In this document: positions 13,577-24,859 of the stretch, in pieces
Position numbering within the stretch: position 1 is the first letter of the stretch
Layout of the letters: each line of letters starts with the position of its first letter
Source: Chiloscyllium plagiosum
Lineage: Eukaryota
Direction of reading: 5' to 3'
Length of the DNA: 64,000 nt
Assembly (NCBI RefSeq): GCF_004010195.1
Contig: NC_057715.1
Location: 97,862,648 to 97,926,647 of the forward strand
The notes under the pieces: model-generated
The model's input: the letters and a program-made list of their open reading frames with translations, nothing else
The model's database searches: none
Told to the model about the DNA's origin: nothing
Translations under genes and position numbers: made by a program

Positions 13577-13780
13577 GAGCTGAAATGTGTTGCTGGAAAA
13601 GCGCAGCAGGTCAGGCAGCATCCAAGGAGCAGGAGAATCGACGTTTCTGAATTCCTGAAGAAGGGCTCATGCCCGAAACGCTGATTCTCCTGCTCCTTGG
13701 ATGCTGCCTGACCTACTGCACTTTTCCAGCAACACATTTTCAGCTCTGATCTCCAGCATCTGCAGTCCTCACTTTCTCCT
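13577..13780 (+). mobile_element. Penelope-end foldback insertion with a hammerhead-like core
   Basis: ~70-bp imperfect inverted arms; core CTGAAGAAGGGCTCATGCCCGAAAC; TSD-like ATTTTTTTTGAAGAG on both sides; sits inside CR1 sequence. Confidence 0.8.
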
Positions 13781-13884
13781 AGAATTTTTTTTTGAAGAGG
13801 TGACTATAGTGGACAGGGAAGTGCCAGTGGATGTTATTTATATGTATTTTCTCAAGATACTTGACAACATCTTCACAGTCAAAA

Positions 13885-14360
13885 AGTGTGGCGCAGAACA
13901 AGTCAGGCAGCACCTGAAGAGCAGAAGAGTCGAAGTTTCTGGCAGAATCCCTTCATCAGGAATGTTGGGGGGTAGCTGAGAAATAAATAGGAGGGTGGAG
14001 TGGGGAAGGTAGCTCAGAAGGCAATAGGTAGACGCTGGTGGGAAGTGATTTTGATAGGTCAGTAGGGAGGGTGGACCGGATAATTGGGAAGGAAGATGGA
14101 CAGGTAGGACAATTCAAGACGCTGGTGCCGAGTTGGAGGGTTGGATCTGAGATGAGGCAGGGAGAGGGGAGGTTTGGAAACTAGAGAAGTCAGTGTTGAT
14201 GCCGTGTTTGAAGGGTCCCAAGGTGAAAGATGAGGTGTTCTTTCCCAGTCATCAGTGGCTTGGATTTGGCAGTGGAGAAGGCAGGACTTGCATGTCCTTG
14301 GTGGAGTGGGATGGGGAGTTGAAGTGGTCAGCCACAGAGTGGTGGGGTTGTTTGGTGACT
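13885..14360 (-). mobile_element. Penelope-like element 3' region (GIY-YIG C-terminus plus terminal repeat)
   Basis: The minus strand reads VADHFNSPSHSTKDMQVL, followed downstream by ATTCCTGATGAAGGGATTCTGCCAGAAAC, a degenerate hammerhead-like motif. Confidence 0.75.
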
Positions 14361-16242
14361 GATGTCTAAAATTATAGTTCATGGAATGGAGGAAATTTAC
14401 TGACCTGGTTAGGAAATTGGCAGCCATATATCCAAGTGACACATAGATGAATTGTGTATAGTGTAGATGGAAGCAAAAAATTACAAAGTGATAAAGAGAT
14501 TAACTAAAAGGATAAAACTGCAGTAAACAGATTTCCATACAAACAAGTGTAAGGTTATTGTCATTTATCCAAAAGAAAGGTTCAATCAGACAGCTTTTCA
14601 GCTGGTGAAAAGTCAAAACTTTGTGGTCCAAAGAGAAGGGGCAACTTTTTCAGAGGGTGATGTGTGTACAGAGTGAGCTGCCAGAGCAAATGGTCAATTT
14701 AAAAGGCATCTGGATAGGTATATGAATAGGAAGGGTTTAGAGGGATATGGGCCAAGTGCTGGCAAACAGGACTAGATTAGGTTAGGATATCTGGTCTGCG
14801 TGGACAAGTTAGACCAAAGTATCTATTTCTGTGTTGTACATCTCTATGGCTTAGAGGACCATATGCATAGATCAATAGAATATCAGAGACAGGCACAGAA
14901 AAAAAAATTATAACAGTATCCTTTAGGTCTGGAGGAAGAGAATAGGTGCTAGACATCATGCTACATGTGTACAAACTCACATCAGAAGTACTGTGTTTAG
15001 TTCTAGGCACCACACTCAGAAAATTTATGCCAAGTGCAAGCCTTGAAAGGAATGCAGAGACTTAGGTGTTAAGGGTTAAACTGTGAGGAGATATTGTTTT
15101 AATCAAAATTAAGATATTAAGGGAAAACTGATGAAGTGGACAGATAGAAAACTACTTCTGCTGAAATGAGAAATCTAGTATGAGAGGTCTTAGATTAAAA
15201 ATTAGATCCAGACTTTTCAGGAGTGAAATTAGGAAACAATTCTACATGAAAATGGTGATAAAAGTTTGGAATATTCTGGTAGTTTGTTTGATTACTCATT
15301 TTGGATCTGAAAATGATATTTCTATTGACCAAAGGTATTATAGAAAACCAGCTGTGGCATTAAAGATCAATCATGACAGCACAAGGGTGACTGATGTTGC
15401 TATTTGGCTGCAATGAAAATACTTATATTAGCTTTTAACATGATTATATTTCTTATGAAACAAATTGCAGTTACCAGCTGTTTTAATTATTGATTTAGAA
15501 TAAGATCTGCTCAATTTGGTTCAAAGGTGCAATCTTTCATTCCACCATGGTAACTCCATGGGTAAATGAAGTTGGCAGCGTGCCACTCAGCCAAACAAAC
15601 AATAGCAGTTTTTACTGCAGTTTGCACCAGAAAGGTCTTCCTGGCTCATTATAACTCATCTGGGTGGTCTTCAAGTGATAAAAATACATTCTCTCTCAGT
15701 TTCAGCAATGACTACAAATGGAGTACAAAAGCTAGAGAAGGGAGAAAATAATCGTAATCAGTGCCCAGTGATACTTTCAGGGAACAACTGCCGATATTTA
15801 CTACCTCTGGAACAGATGGGACTTGAACATGGATCTTCTGGTTCAGAGGTAGGGGCATTGCCCTTGCACCACAAAAACCCCTAATGAAAGACTATATTAT
15901 TGTATTATTTATAACCCATGTTACAACATCCCAACAAATAAAAGCTGCTGTAATGGGACAGAGTACGAGAAGAAATAAATAAAACAAATTGAATGACGAC
16001 GAAGTTGTTGCACGAATTTCTTTCAACATTTAGATTTAGCGTTCTAATATAACTTTTTTTTAAAGCCTCTGATTTCAGTGAGATTCAGCAAAGCCTCGGT
16101 TTAAAAAAAAAACGACAGAACATTCGCCTTTCAACCGCAGTCCCTGCCCCTCTAGGCCACACTATCCGTCCTTGCAGCGGAGAAATCACTTTTAAAAAAG
16201 AAAGTTTCATAATTAAACCCCTGATCCGGGGCAGCTCCTTAC

Positions 16243-16331
16243 TAAGCAGGAATAAGTAAACACTTTAGCAGGGTTACACCGAAGGCGAGCGGCACCAACC
16301 AATTCCAACTCCTCTCACTGGGCGCCGCCAT
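16243..16331 (-). CDS. ALG8: ALG8 (alpha-1,3-glucosyltransferase) coding exon 1
   Basis: ATG at 16331 gives MAAPSERSWNWLVPLAFGVTLLKCLLIPA(Y), then donor TA|GTAAG. Matches the ALG8 N-terminus (GVTLLKCLLIPxY). 89 bp, phase-compatible with exon 2. Confidence 0.95.
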
Positions 16332-16679
16332 TGCTGTTTCACCCAACTTTATTTAAACAGCAACAGCTGCCAGCAAAGATACTGAATCAGTGAAGGAAAG
16401 TCAAATAGCTTTTCAGGCCCCAATTCATTGCAGTTAACAACTTGATGGGGACCTGTCCCTTTTCTTTCTCAGAAGTGGCATTGACAGGAATATTATAACA
16501 AGTTTTTTTGTAGTTTTTTAATTTTTAAAAAGATGTTGTACACATTGTCTTACAGAGGCCATCCCAGTGATATAAAGGATGGTGGGTAAGAGCTGATTCT
16601 GTGTATCGTGGCAGTGACAACAATGGTTAGGAAGCAGCAGTTCTCCAAAAGTAAATTTTCTTACCCTTCTGTCCCACAC

Positions 16680-17010
16680 TCCTTTGAAATAGAGCCATTG
16701 CTGAAATATCCAGTAAAACTTGTCCAACTTGCTTTGTAAACCTCCAAATGAAGCTCCAGAATGACTGATATGTTTCAAGTATTACTATTTCTATTTGTTT
16801 CTCCCTCTTGCATGAGATTTTTTTTGTTGCTCGACAGATGGGGCTACATTTTAACATCTTACTTGAAAAAATAGCACATCAGACAGTGCAAGTACTCCTT
16901 CAGTGAAGGTGGAGTGACAGCCTCAACTTTGGTGCTCAGGTTATGAAGCAGAGCTTGAAATCAGAACATTGTAACTCAGACCTGAGTGCCACCAATTGAG
17001 CCTAGGCTGA
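16680..17010 (-). mobile_element. Diverged Deu-domain (SacSINE1/AmnSINE-like) SINE upstream of ALG8
   Basis: Similar to the copy at 39760-40195 (CATCAGACAGTGCAAGTACTCCTTCAG ... CTTGAA..CAGAACATT.T.ACTCAGA). Family assigned from memory. Confidence 0.5.
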
Positions 17011-17584
17011 TATAGGTTGTTCTGTACTTACCATTCCAACCTGTTGGTCGACAAAGTGAACCATTAGGTTCCTTACTGATTTTCTGGCTGAGATCATCGA
17101 ACTTGCCAAAGAATCTGTGGTTTAGTACCAAACTATGTAGTGCAGATACCCACTGAACTGTTCCATATGTTTTACTAGAACTTTAAAAATGATTTGGTCT
17201 GAAAATTCACTTAGAAAACCAGGGTGGGAGTGGAGATAGCTGTGAGGGTTTCAGAAGGGAGAAAGTGGCATGGGGTAAATGGATAAGGAAGCTGCTAGTA
17301 GGAGTGTGGAATTGAGCCTGCATGTGAGGGAACAGAGAGAGAAGAAAGCTGCAGGTATGGGACAGCAAGAGGTTGCAAAAGGTGTATGGTTGAAAATGGG
17401 GTTGCAAAAAAGTGTGGGGAGAGATAATGGTTGCACACTAGGGAGAATCAGGCTGTAAAGGAGTTTTGAATTTGTAAACAAAGGACTATTCAATTAACAG
17501 ATGCAAGAAAACATCAAATCAGTAAGGTAACAAATTCCTTTGAAATTAATATACCATTTCTAAGACCACATAAAGGATGTTGAT

Positions 17585-18035
17585 TGATTTATTGTTGTCA
17601 CATGTACTGAGATACAGTGAAGAGTATTATTTTGCGAGCTATACAGGCAGATCGTACCATACAAAGTGCATCAGGGTAGCAGAACAGAGTGCAGAATAGT
17701 TTTATAATTGCAGAGAAGTTGTAGAGAGAGAGAGATCAACATTAACATTTGAAAGGTCCATTCAAAAGTCTGATAACAGTAGGGAAGAAGCTGTTCTTGA
17801 ATCTATTCATACATGTATTCAAACTTTTATATCTTCTGCCAATGGAAGAGGGTAGAAGAGCATAACCAGAGTGGGAGGGGTCTTTGATTATATTGGGTGC
17901 TTTCCCGAGGCAGCAGCAAGTATACAATGAGTCAGAGGGTGGAATGCTGATTTACATGATGGACTCTGCTGTGTTCATGAATCTCTGTAGTTTCTTGTGA
18001 TCTTGGGAAGATCATTGCCATACCAAGCTGTGTTG
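17585..18035 (-). mobile_element. Rex1/Babar-type non-LTR 3' fragment
   Basis: KA.NIIKDPSH.GY.LLPS.GRRYKSL...NRFKNSFFP.VIRLLN (ORF 17742-17927). Confidence 0.75.
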
Positions 18036-18910
18036 CATTAGCTGCAACCTCATCATTTTGTGGAAATTGTGTTTAAGGTGATGGATTTTTGTGTGTAGAA
18101 ATTTATCTGGTTTTTAAATAAATCTTTGTTCCTATCTTACTCCTGCTGTCTTGTAATTTAATTACTGCAAAATCTAGGAAATCAGTGGCAACCTTGTGAT
18201 TTGTGGCTTTTGTAAGTTTAGTAGAATACTGCTAATTATTGAGGATATTGGCGAATTCTTCCAGTTTTACTTTTGTGAAATTCCAAACACACATATGTCA
18301 ACACAAATATAGAAGGTATTGTTGCTACACAATGTTATCACCTAATGGATGAGTTTATGAGAATGGAAAATTGAACACCAAAAATCAGGGAAATCTCAAG
18401 AGGGGCTCTCAACAAAACAAAAATGTTTAGTCCTTGACTTCTATAAAGTCTTTAACATAGGAAATATCGCAAAACACTTCTGTGGCATAACTGAACAACA
18501 GACAGATCTATTTAGTAAAACAAATGTAGGGAATAAGTTGCCAGGGTAGACAAGAGTATAAATGAGTTTCAATGGTAATTCCCAAACAAAGTTATAAAGT
18601 AATCAATGATTAATTCATGGTCGAAGATATGCTGTCCAAGTGAAATGAGACTGTGCAGTGTTCAGTCAGAAATGTATGATTACACTGTTTTATTTAAAAA
18701 TAAATGTACTTCAAGTGAATCTAGCTAGCAATACCGTTTTTATCCCAACAGCCAAATTCAACTATAATGGTAAATGAATTCAACAAACAGGATTAATATT
18801 CATGATACTGCACATTATACATCGAGATTTATATAAGAAACAAGGAGTAGACTGTTCACTTCTATAAACTCCAAAGATTGGGTGCCCATAGCAATTTATT
18901 TTCTGTATTA

Positions 18911-19642
18911 TCAATACTGAGTAAAATGCAGAATAATTGGGTCAGATGAAACAGAAGGAAGAGAATTAAGAAGGAATCCACCATTGACTGCTATTTTTAT
19001 TACTTGATGAACAAACATATCCAGATTTTGAATTTGCCGATGAGATGGTGAAGCGTAGAGACTTTTCCAATTCTCCATTACATAATGTCTTTCCATGCCA
19101 GTTCCGCTACTTTCAACCCATTCTAATGGAATGAATTTCAAATTTTCCAGATCGCTGGCTACAGATAAATTGTCACCTTTGAAGATATAGTAGAATTTGG
19201 AATTGAGAAGCTTCAATAAGGCACCCGATGTAGAAAATATTTGAACGTTAACAAGTTTTACAGTATAGGAGCCAACATTATGTAACCATGAGTCATAAAA
19301 GATGTTAAGCATTACATTATTTTTTGTTTTAGTAACAGGGGTTTTGATTGCCTGCAAAGCCTGCAGCAGAGGTTGGATCTGGAAAAAATCAGCTTCTCTG
19401 TTCAGAAGATCCAGCTCTTGGAAATCATCTGGAAGGTCCAAGTGCGATGTTCGGAGGAAGTTAAGGATGTGTCGAAACATTTTGCCATCTCTATCTATGA
19501 AGTAGTTTCCTTGCTGATCCTTGCTGGTCGGTAAATCCCCGATAAACATTGAGCCAAGCATCGATTCTGGATAGCGAGTTAAAGTCATTAGGGACGTGGT
19601 GTACAACATTCCCCCTACATTCAGTGTTATTGGTTCAGACAT
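18911..19642 (-). CDS. KCTD21: KCTD21, BTB/POZ (T1-type) domain protein, 243 aa, single coding exon
   Basis: MSEPITLNVGG..YTTSL.TLT.YPESMLG.MF...FIDRDGKMFRHILNFLRTSHLDLP..FQE, plus C-terminal motifs (MLNI, QIFSTS..LLKLL.SK, V.KIA..GF) recalled from KCTD21. Adjacent to ALG8 as in tetrapods. Acceptor TTACTTGCAG| with the exon starting at 19664. Confidence 0.92.
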   Translation of the reverse strand: MSEPITLNVGGMLYTTSLMTLTRYPESMLGSMFIGDLPTSKDQQGNYFIDRDGKMFRHILNFLRTSHLDLPDDFQELDLLNREADFFQIQPLLQALQAIKTPVTKTKNNVMLNIFYDSWLHNVGSYTVKLVNVQIFSTSGALLKLLNSKFYYIFKGDNLSVASDLENLKFIPLEWVESSGTGMERHYVMENWKSLYASPSHRQIQNLDMFVHQVIKIAVNGGFLLNSLPSVSSDPIILHFTQY

Positions 19643-20704
19643 GGTGAAATCCTTAACTTAATCCCTGCAAGTAAAATAAAGAGTATAATATGGAATCCTG
19701 TAAAGAAGAACATCTTTCAAAAAATCATCTATTCCATCTGACAGCAATAGTGCTGGATTATGTAAAGAAACAAAGAAATAGGGTCAGGAGTAGGCCATTC
19801 AGTCCCTTAAAAAAAAGATAATGTTATTTATTGATTGAGAAACCAGCAAAGACTCCCTGTTATGTTGTAGCATAATTACCTACAAAGTGGTGAGCTTCAG
19901 CACTTAACACTCGTTACAAAAGCAGGATGCCCTTCTGTTTTCCTTTTAAGTATCATTTGGTGCCTAATTCAGAACAATTTTGTGCTGTGGATCCTTCTTG
20001 CTCGCAAGTGGTGAGAGAATTACTCAGTTTCATGTAGCTTTCACTTATCATCAACCAGAGCTGTACTCATCATTTAGTGTTAAGCAAACTCTAGGGCGTT
20101 CCTGATCTGTATTTCTCACTGACACATGCAGATAAACTCAATGATCTACTGAGAGAGTTTAAATTGTTTTTTAAAAAAAGCTTGATCCTATAAAGTAACC
20201 ATTTCGTCAGATAGCTGTGCTTCTCATCATAAAGCTAAACTAGGATAATCCATAAGGGATGGCCAAGCACACCTTGTTAAATTTCAAGTGGTAAACACCA
20301 GACAAGAGTGAGAAAGTGAAATATTGTTGCATTACTGAAGAAAATAAAGTTAACTTTTTAAAATTACACATCCCAAGTTACTTTGGTTGTCAAAAGAAAC
20401 TAAAATGGACACTGTGCTTTCATCTCATTAAAATCCTTTGAAAAGTCCATGTCAAAGGTATTAACTATACCTTCAAACCATGTACTTAGATCAACAAAAG
20501 ACGTAGTTGAATACTCCATGAAAGTTCCTGAATAACCTGCGTGTAATGTCTGCTCTTACCTTTATGGCATTAACAAAAGCAAACATAGTTACACCCTAGA
20601 ATACAAAAACATTAGGATATTTTAGATCTCCAAAATATTTAAATTATTTTCTCTTATTTCTAAAGTTTATCCCCTGTCCCAGCTATCTCATTGCAGCAAC
20701 TCAC

Positions 20705-20810
20705 CTAGTTAATTAAATTTAATTCCAAGTCTGATACAAACGGGAGTAGAAACTGAATACAAGAAATGTGTGCTGCAGGTGTTCCTTATCTCCAATCTAA
20801 AGGTCTGCTT
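20705..20810 (-). other. KCTD21: Probable non-coding first exon of KCTD21 (5' boundary approximate)
   Basis: Strong donor CTAG|GTGAGT (intron begins at 20704) just downstream of twin ZNF143-type motifs; would supply the KCTD21 acceptor at 19665. Confidence 0.5.
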
Positions 20811-20815
20811 ACAAA

Positions 20816-20860
20816 GCATTCTGGGAAATGTGGTTTTGCTACTACCTGTCCCAGAATGCA
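20816..20860. promoter_or_regulatory. Two inverted ZNF143/Staf (SBS)-type motifs; probable KCTD21 promoter
   Basis: ACTACCTGTCCCAGAATGCA (+, 20841-20860) and AACCACATTTCCCAGAATGC (-, 20835-20816), both close to the ACTACAnnTCCCAGAATGC consensus. Confidence 0.65.
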
Positions 20861-21754
20861 TTTCAGATAATTTCATTTGAAAATAAACCTGCTGTACATG
20901 AGTTGTTGTCATGTCTTTCTTACCCTCAGGATACAGGCATCGCTGAAAAGCCAGCAATGTACTGCCCTTGAAAAAGTTGTGAAGCCTCTTTTTGAACCAC
21001 TGCAGTTGTGGTGAAGATATTTTAGGAAGGGGGTTCCAGGATCTCAACCTAGTGACAATGCTGGAACATAAATATATTTCCAAGTCAAGGTGGTGTGTCA
21101 TTGGTGAGGGAACTCGAAGGTATTGATGTGTCCATGCACCATCTACCCTTTCTGTTCTAGGTGGTAAAGATCATGAGTTTGGAAGGTTTTGCCAAAGAAG
21201 CCTTGGTGAGTTGTTTTAGTGTTATCTTGCAGATAGCACACACTGTTCGCACTGTGCACTGGTGATGGAGGTTGCTCAGGATAAGGTGATAGTTGGGGGT
21301 ACCAATCACGGTTGCGGGGTGGGGTCGTGTTACTTGTAGCAGAATATACAAGTTTTATTATGTTATGTGTTATCATTGTTGTCGTTGTGTTATGCATCTT
21401 TGAACCACATTTTTCTTCAAACAATGATATTGACTCCCTTAGCCACACCAATATTCCTCATCAGCATCCTACTAGCACTCATTGTCTTTTCATCTACAAA
21501 ATGCTTTTGTAGACAATGGAAATGTAAGTCCAAGTAATAGTGCAGCTGGTTTCAGATCTAATTTGAAAGTACTTATTCACTACCAGGGCCCAAAATAATC
21601 CAAAGCTAATATTACAAGTGTTACAGGTTTTATTAGAAAAACAAAATGACAGAAATAAATAGTAATTGGATTAGCATAACTCCAATGCTTTCTTAGTTAA
21701 TTACTCTACTCAGGCACAATACCCAGTTATTCCCCTACCATTATAGCTTTTTTA

Positions 21755-22540
21755 AAAATCTATTCATGGGAACTTGATGTCATTGGATAGGCCAGCATTT
21801 ATTGCCCATCCCTTATTGCCCTAGAACTCAATGGCATGCTAAGTCTTTTTGAAGCACAGTTAAACCACATTGCTCTGGGTCTGGAATCAGACGTGGGCCA
21901 GACTAGGCATGGATGGCAGACTTCCTTCCCTAAAGCACATTAGTGAATGAGATGAGTATCAGACTAAATCCTGTGATGCCAAGCCTGACATATGAATAGA
22001 GTCTGGATCAATTAGAACTACATATATTGGATTTCAGAAAAATGAGCGGGAATCTCATAGCAACCTATAAAATTCCAAAAGGTCTAGACATGGTAAACGC
22101 AGGAAGGGTGTTCCCGATAACAGGGGAGTCCAGAACCAGCAGTCACAGTCTATGGATATGGGACAGGCCATTTAGGGCTGAAATGAGGAGAAATTTCTTC
22201 AGCCAGATAGCAGCAAACCTGTTGAAGTCTCAGGTACAGCAAATTGTTGAGGCCAAAAGAAAAAAAAATTAACAATTTGTGTGAAGAGATCAACAGGAAT
22301 GGCCAGAAAGTGGGAACAAAGTACAGAGTTAGGTGATCAGCCCTGAAGGGCCAAATGGCCTACTTTTTTTTATTTACAAACAATCGATATATGCTTGTCA
22401 TTAGTCTAGCTTTTAATTCCAGATTGTTATTGAACTCAAATTTCACCATCTGTCATGGTGGGATTTGTAGTCATGTCTTCAGAACATTAGTCTGGGTCTC
22501 TGGATTAATAATCCAGTTAGTCTACTAGCACACTTCCCCA
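21755..22540 (-). mobile_element. tRNA-derived SINE interrupted by a plus-strand CR1 3' fragment (~22030-22370)
   Basis: SINE body resembles the copy at 49920-50205; CR1 ORF piece GESRT..HSL.I..RPFR.EMRRNFF. Confidence 0.6.
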
Positions 22541-23053
22541 TTAAATCTGTTCATGGTATATAGATGTCACTGGCATTTATTAGCCATCCCTAAGTCTTCT
22601 CTAGAAAGTGGCAGTGAGCTCCATTCTTGAACCACAACAATCTACCTTCCAACTATTAAGGATTTCAGCTCCAACAAAAATAAATTACATTTTGCAGACT
22701 GTATTGTTAGTATTTTATTCACAAATGTGGAACTATAAATTGATGAATATCAATTTATATATCTGTATATTCCGATCAATAGATTTTTTGACAAGTCCAT
22801 CACCACAGACCATTTTATTTCAATATTTCTTAAATAAAATAATTTCATATTGCCTGAACCTTTTTTGTGCATTCTTTACTATCTTAGCACCATAGATTAC
22901 AAGAAAAAACGTGTTTTTGTAAATGTCATCTTTGATAAAAGTTGCATAAATCAGAAACAGATATTTTTGCTTGACAGAGTTACCACCTGGTAGGTTTAGA
23001 ATGCTAAATTCAAGTTTGCATGTGGGGAGCTGATATTAAAAAAAGAGCAAAAA

Positions 23054-24184
23054 TTACATAATTGCCATAACTTGTTCACATAGTGCATTCCATTTGGTAG
23101 ACAGCTCATTGTCTTGGGAACAAACCCTTAAATAAGCACTCGCCAAAATCAATGTTTCAGTTGGGCAAAACTTGTTGCCAATGAGGTCTGAAGCTAATTG
23201 GTTACACATCATGGATGGTAGCCAATCAGAAAACAATTTAATATTGCAGCTTTCAATTCTGCCATGAGTAATGCTCATGTTCAATTCAACTTCTGCCCCA
23301 GGTAAATTATGGTCCACAGAGAAATAATGGCTGATACTGAACTTTGGCGTTCTTCCATAGATCCAATCCCAGCTTTTAAGCTCCTGGGTAAATTTGGCAA
23401 TCCCTGGTAGCAACAAATTGTCTTTAGGGTCCACAAGCACAATTTTGCTTTGACAGCTATGCCGCCTTGCGTACTCCATTGCAATGGCATCCATCAATAG
23501 ATCACAAGTAAGAGTGGGATCCTCATCACACAGATTTTTCACAGTGGCAGGTATACTGGGGGTGGCGTTGGTTTTTAGACCTTGGTGTGGAGAATGGAGA
23601 ACAGAGGACAAAAGATGCCTGTTAGAGTTGCACAGCAAGGTGCAATGGTGGTAAGCAGATGTCCTTCCAATCTTCGAGGCAGTGCCCGAGATTTTGAAGA
23701 CTCCGTTGAGCAGCAGGTCGTACCTGTCCGTGGCTAACACATTCAGCTGGGGTCGAATCCTCTTCAGAGCAGAGATAACCAATTCCAAGTTGCCGCGCCT
23801 ATCGTACTTCTTCTTGGAGGTGAAGAAGGTCAGGTTGATGTTTCCCAGGTCGTGATAGACGGTTCCTCCCCCGCTCCTCCTCCGGCTCAGTTGAATGCCT
23901 TGGTCTCTCATGAGTTTGAGATTACATTCCTGCCAGGGGTTCTGGTGGCGACCGATGACCACTGTGGGGCAATTCCTCCAGAGCAGCAGCACATGCCTTT
24001 CCCGGGACTGCACGTACTCGTGTAACCAGTCCTCCAGCGCCAGGTTCTCGTAAATATCTGTGGACGTGGATTTCAGAAGCAGAGCGCTGTCGCCCCGGGA
24101 CTCAGCCAAAGCGGCCAGGGTGGTGTAGCAAGCAGGAGAGAGAGTTCTCCATGCTGCCCGGAATCCAACATTCAGCAAGGGCAT
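23054..24184 (-). CDS. LIPT1: Mitochondrial lipoyltransferase 1, 376 aa, single coding exon
   Basis: LplA/BPL-family motifs: DIYENLALEDW, VVIGRHQNPWQECNL, RRRSGGGTVYHDLGNINLTFF, KISGTASKIGR..AYHHCTLL, W.WIYG.TPKF. The N-terminus resembles a mitochondrial presequence. Confidence 0.96.
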   Translation of the reverse strand: MPLLNVGFRAAWRTLSPACYTTLAALAESRGDSALLLKSTSTDIYENLALEDWLHEYVQSRERHVLLLWRNCPTVVIGRHQNPWQECNLKLMRDQGIQLSRRRSGGGTVYHDLGNINLTFFTSKKKYDRRGNLELVISALKRIRPQLNVLATDRYDLLLNGVFKISGTASKIGRTSAYHHCTLLCNSNRHLLSSVLHSPHQGLKTNATPSIPATVKNLCDEDPTLTCDLLMDAIAMEYARRHSCQSKIVLVDPKDNLLLPGIAKFTQELKSWDWIYGRTPKFSISHYFSVDHNLPGAEVELNMSITHGRIESCNIKLFSDWLPSMMCNQLASDLIGNKFCPTETLILASAYLRVCSQDNELSTKWNALCEQVMAIM

Positions 24185-24620
24185 CCCGCCGCTGCAAAAT
24201 ATAAACTAACAATAAAACTAAATGCAACATGCAAATACAATGTATCGCTGCCCCCGGAAACCGAATGTCAAAAATTGACTCACCCGATGCCCCCTTTTAA
24301 ACTTAACTCTGTTGCTGACCTTAAAACGCCCTCCCTCGGCCCAAAATGCTCAGGCTGTGTCGGTCACTGCACTGCGAGAGGAAATTGCTGATGATCACTG
24401 CTCTTACTGTCACACATAGCGCCATCTACAACACGGAGGTGCCTGTAGGTTTAACACAGGGCTCGCACACTCCCTTTGGATTCTGAGAAGGAAACTTTTA
24501 GCATGTTCCCTAACTCGAAAGGAATGGAAAGGCCGGCGGAAAAAAAGAGGATGAAGAGAAATTAACAGCGAGCACTGTTCCCTAAATGTTCCCCACAGTC
24601 ACTTGCTATACTCGGCCCAC
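23680..24620 (-). promoter_or_regulatory. LIPT1: CpG-enriched LIPT1 promoter/5' region
   Basis: Visible CpG enrichment against the AT-rich, CpG-poor background, running into the 5' half of the CDS; GCGCCATCTA (YY1/CTCF-like) near 24419-24429. Confidence 0.55.
24192..24283 (-). other. LIPT1: Short (92 bp) 5'UTR intron of LIPT1
   Basis: Donor CGG|GTGAGT (intron begins at 24283); acceptor TATATTTTGCAG| 7 nt before the ATG. Confidence 0.7.
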
Positions 24621-24859
24621 CTCATTCCCAAGAAATTAATAAGATTTATCAGTGCTAATTTTTCCCCATAAGCCCTTTTGTTTTGCTTACCTTGTTTATT
24701 TTTACACATGCCTTCTTGGTTCACAACATTATTTACTACCATCATAAGCATACTTTTTTTTCCTTTAACTTACTTTCTATTTTCTTTGTCATCAGAGAGC
24801 TCTGGATTGTTTATCCTATCTTTTCCTTTTGAGGGAATATACCCTAATTGTGCCTGATC

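Noticed and set aside
20709-21101. 130-aa minus-strand ORF
   Set aside because: It starts in a LINE/SINE tail and crosses the putative promoter; no homology recognised.
19664-24284. KCTD21 and LIPT1 sharing one first exon
   Set aside because: KCTD21 has its own nearer strong donor (20704) and ZNF143-type motifs. Not excluded without RNA data, but not needed.
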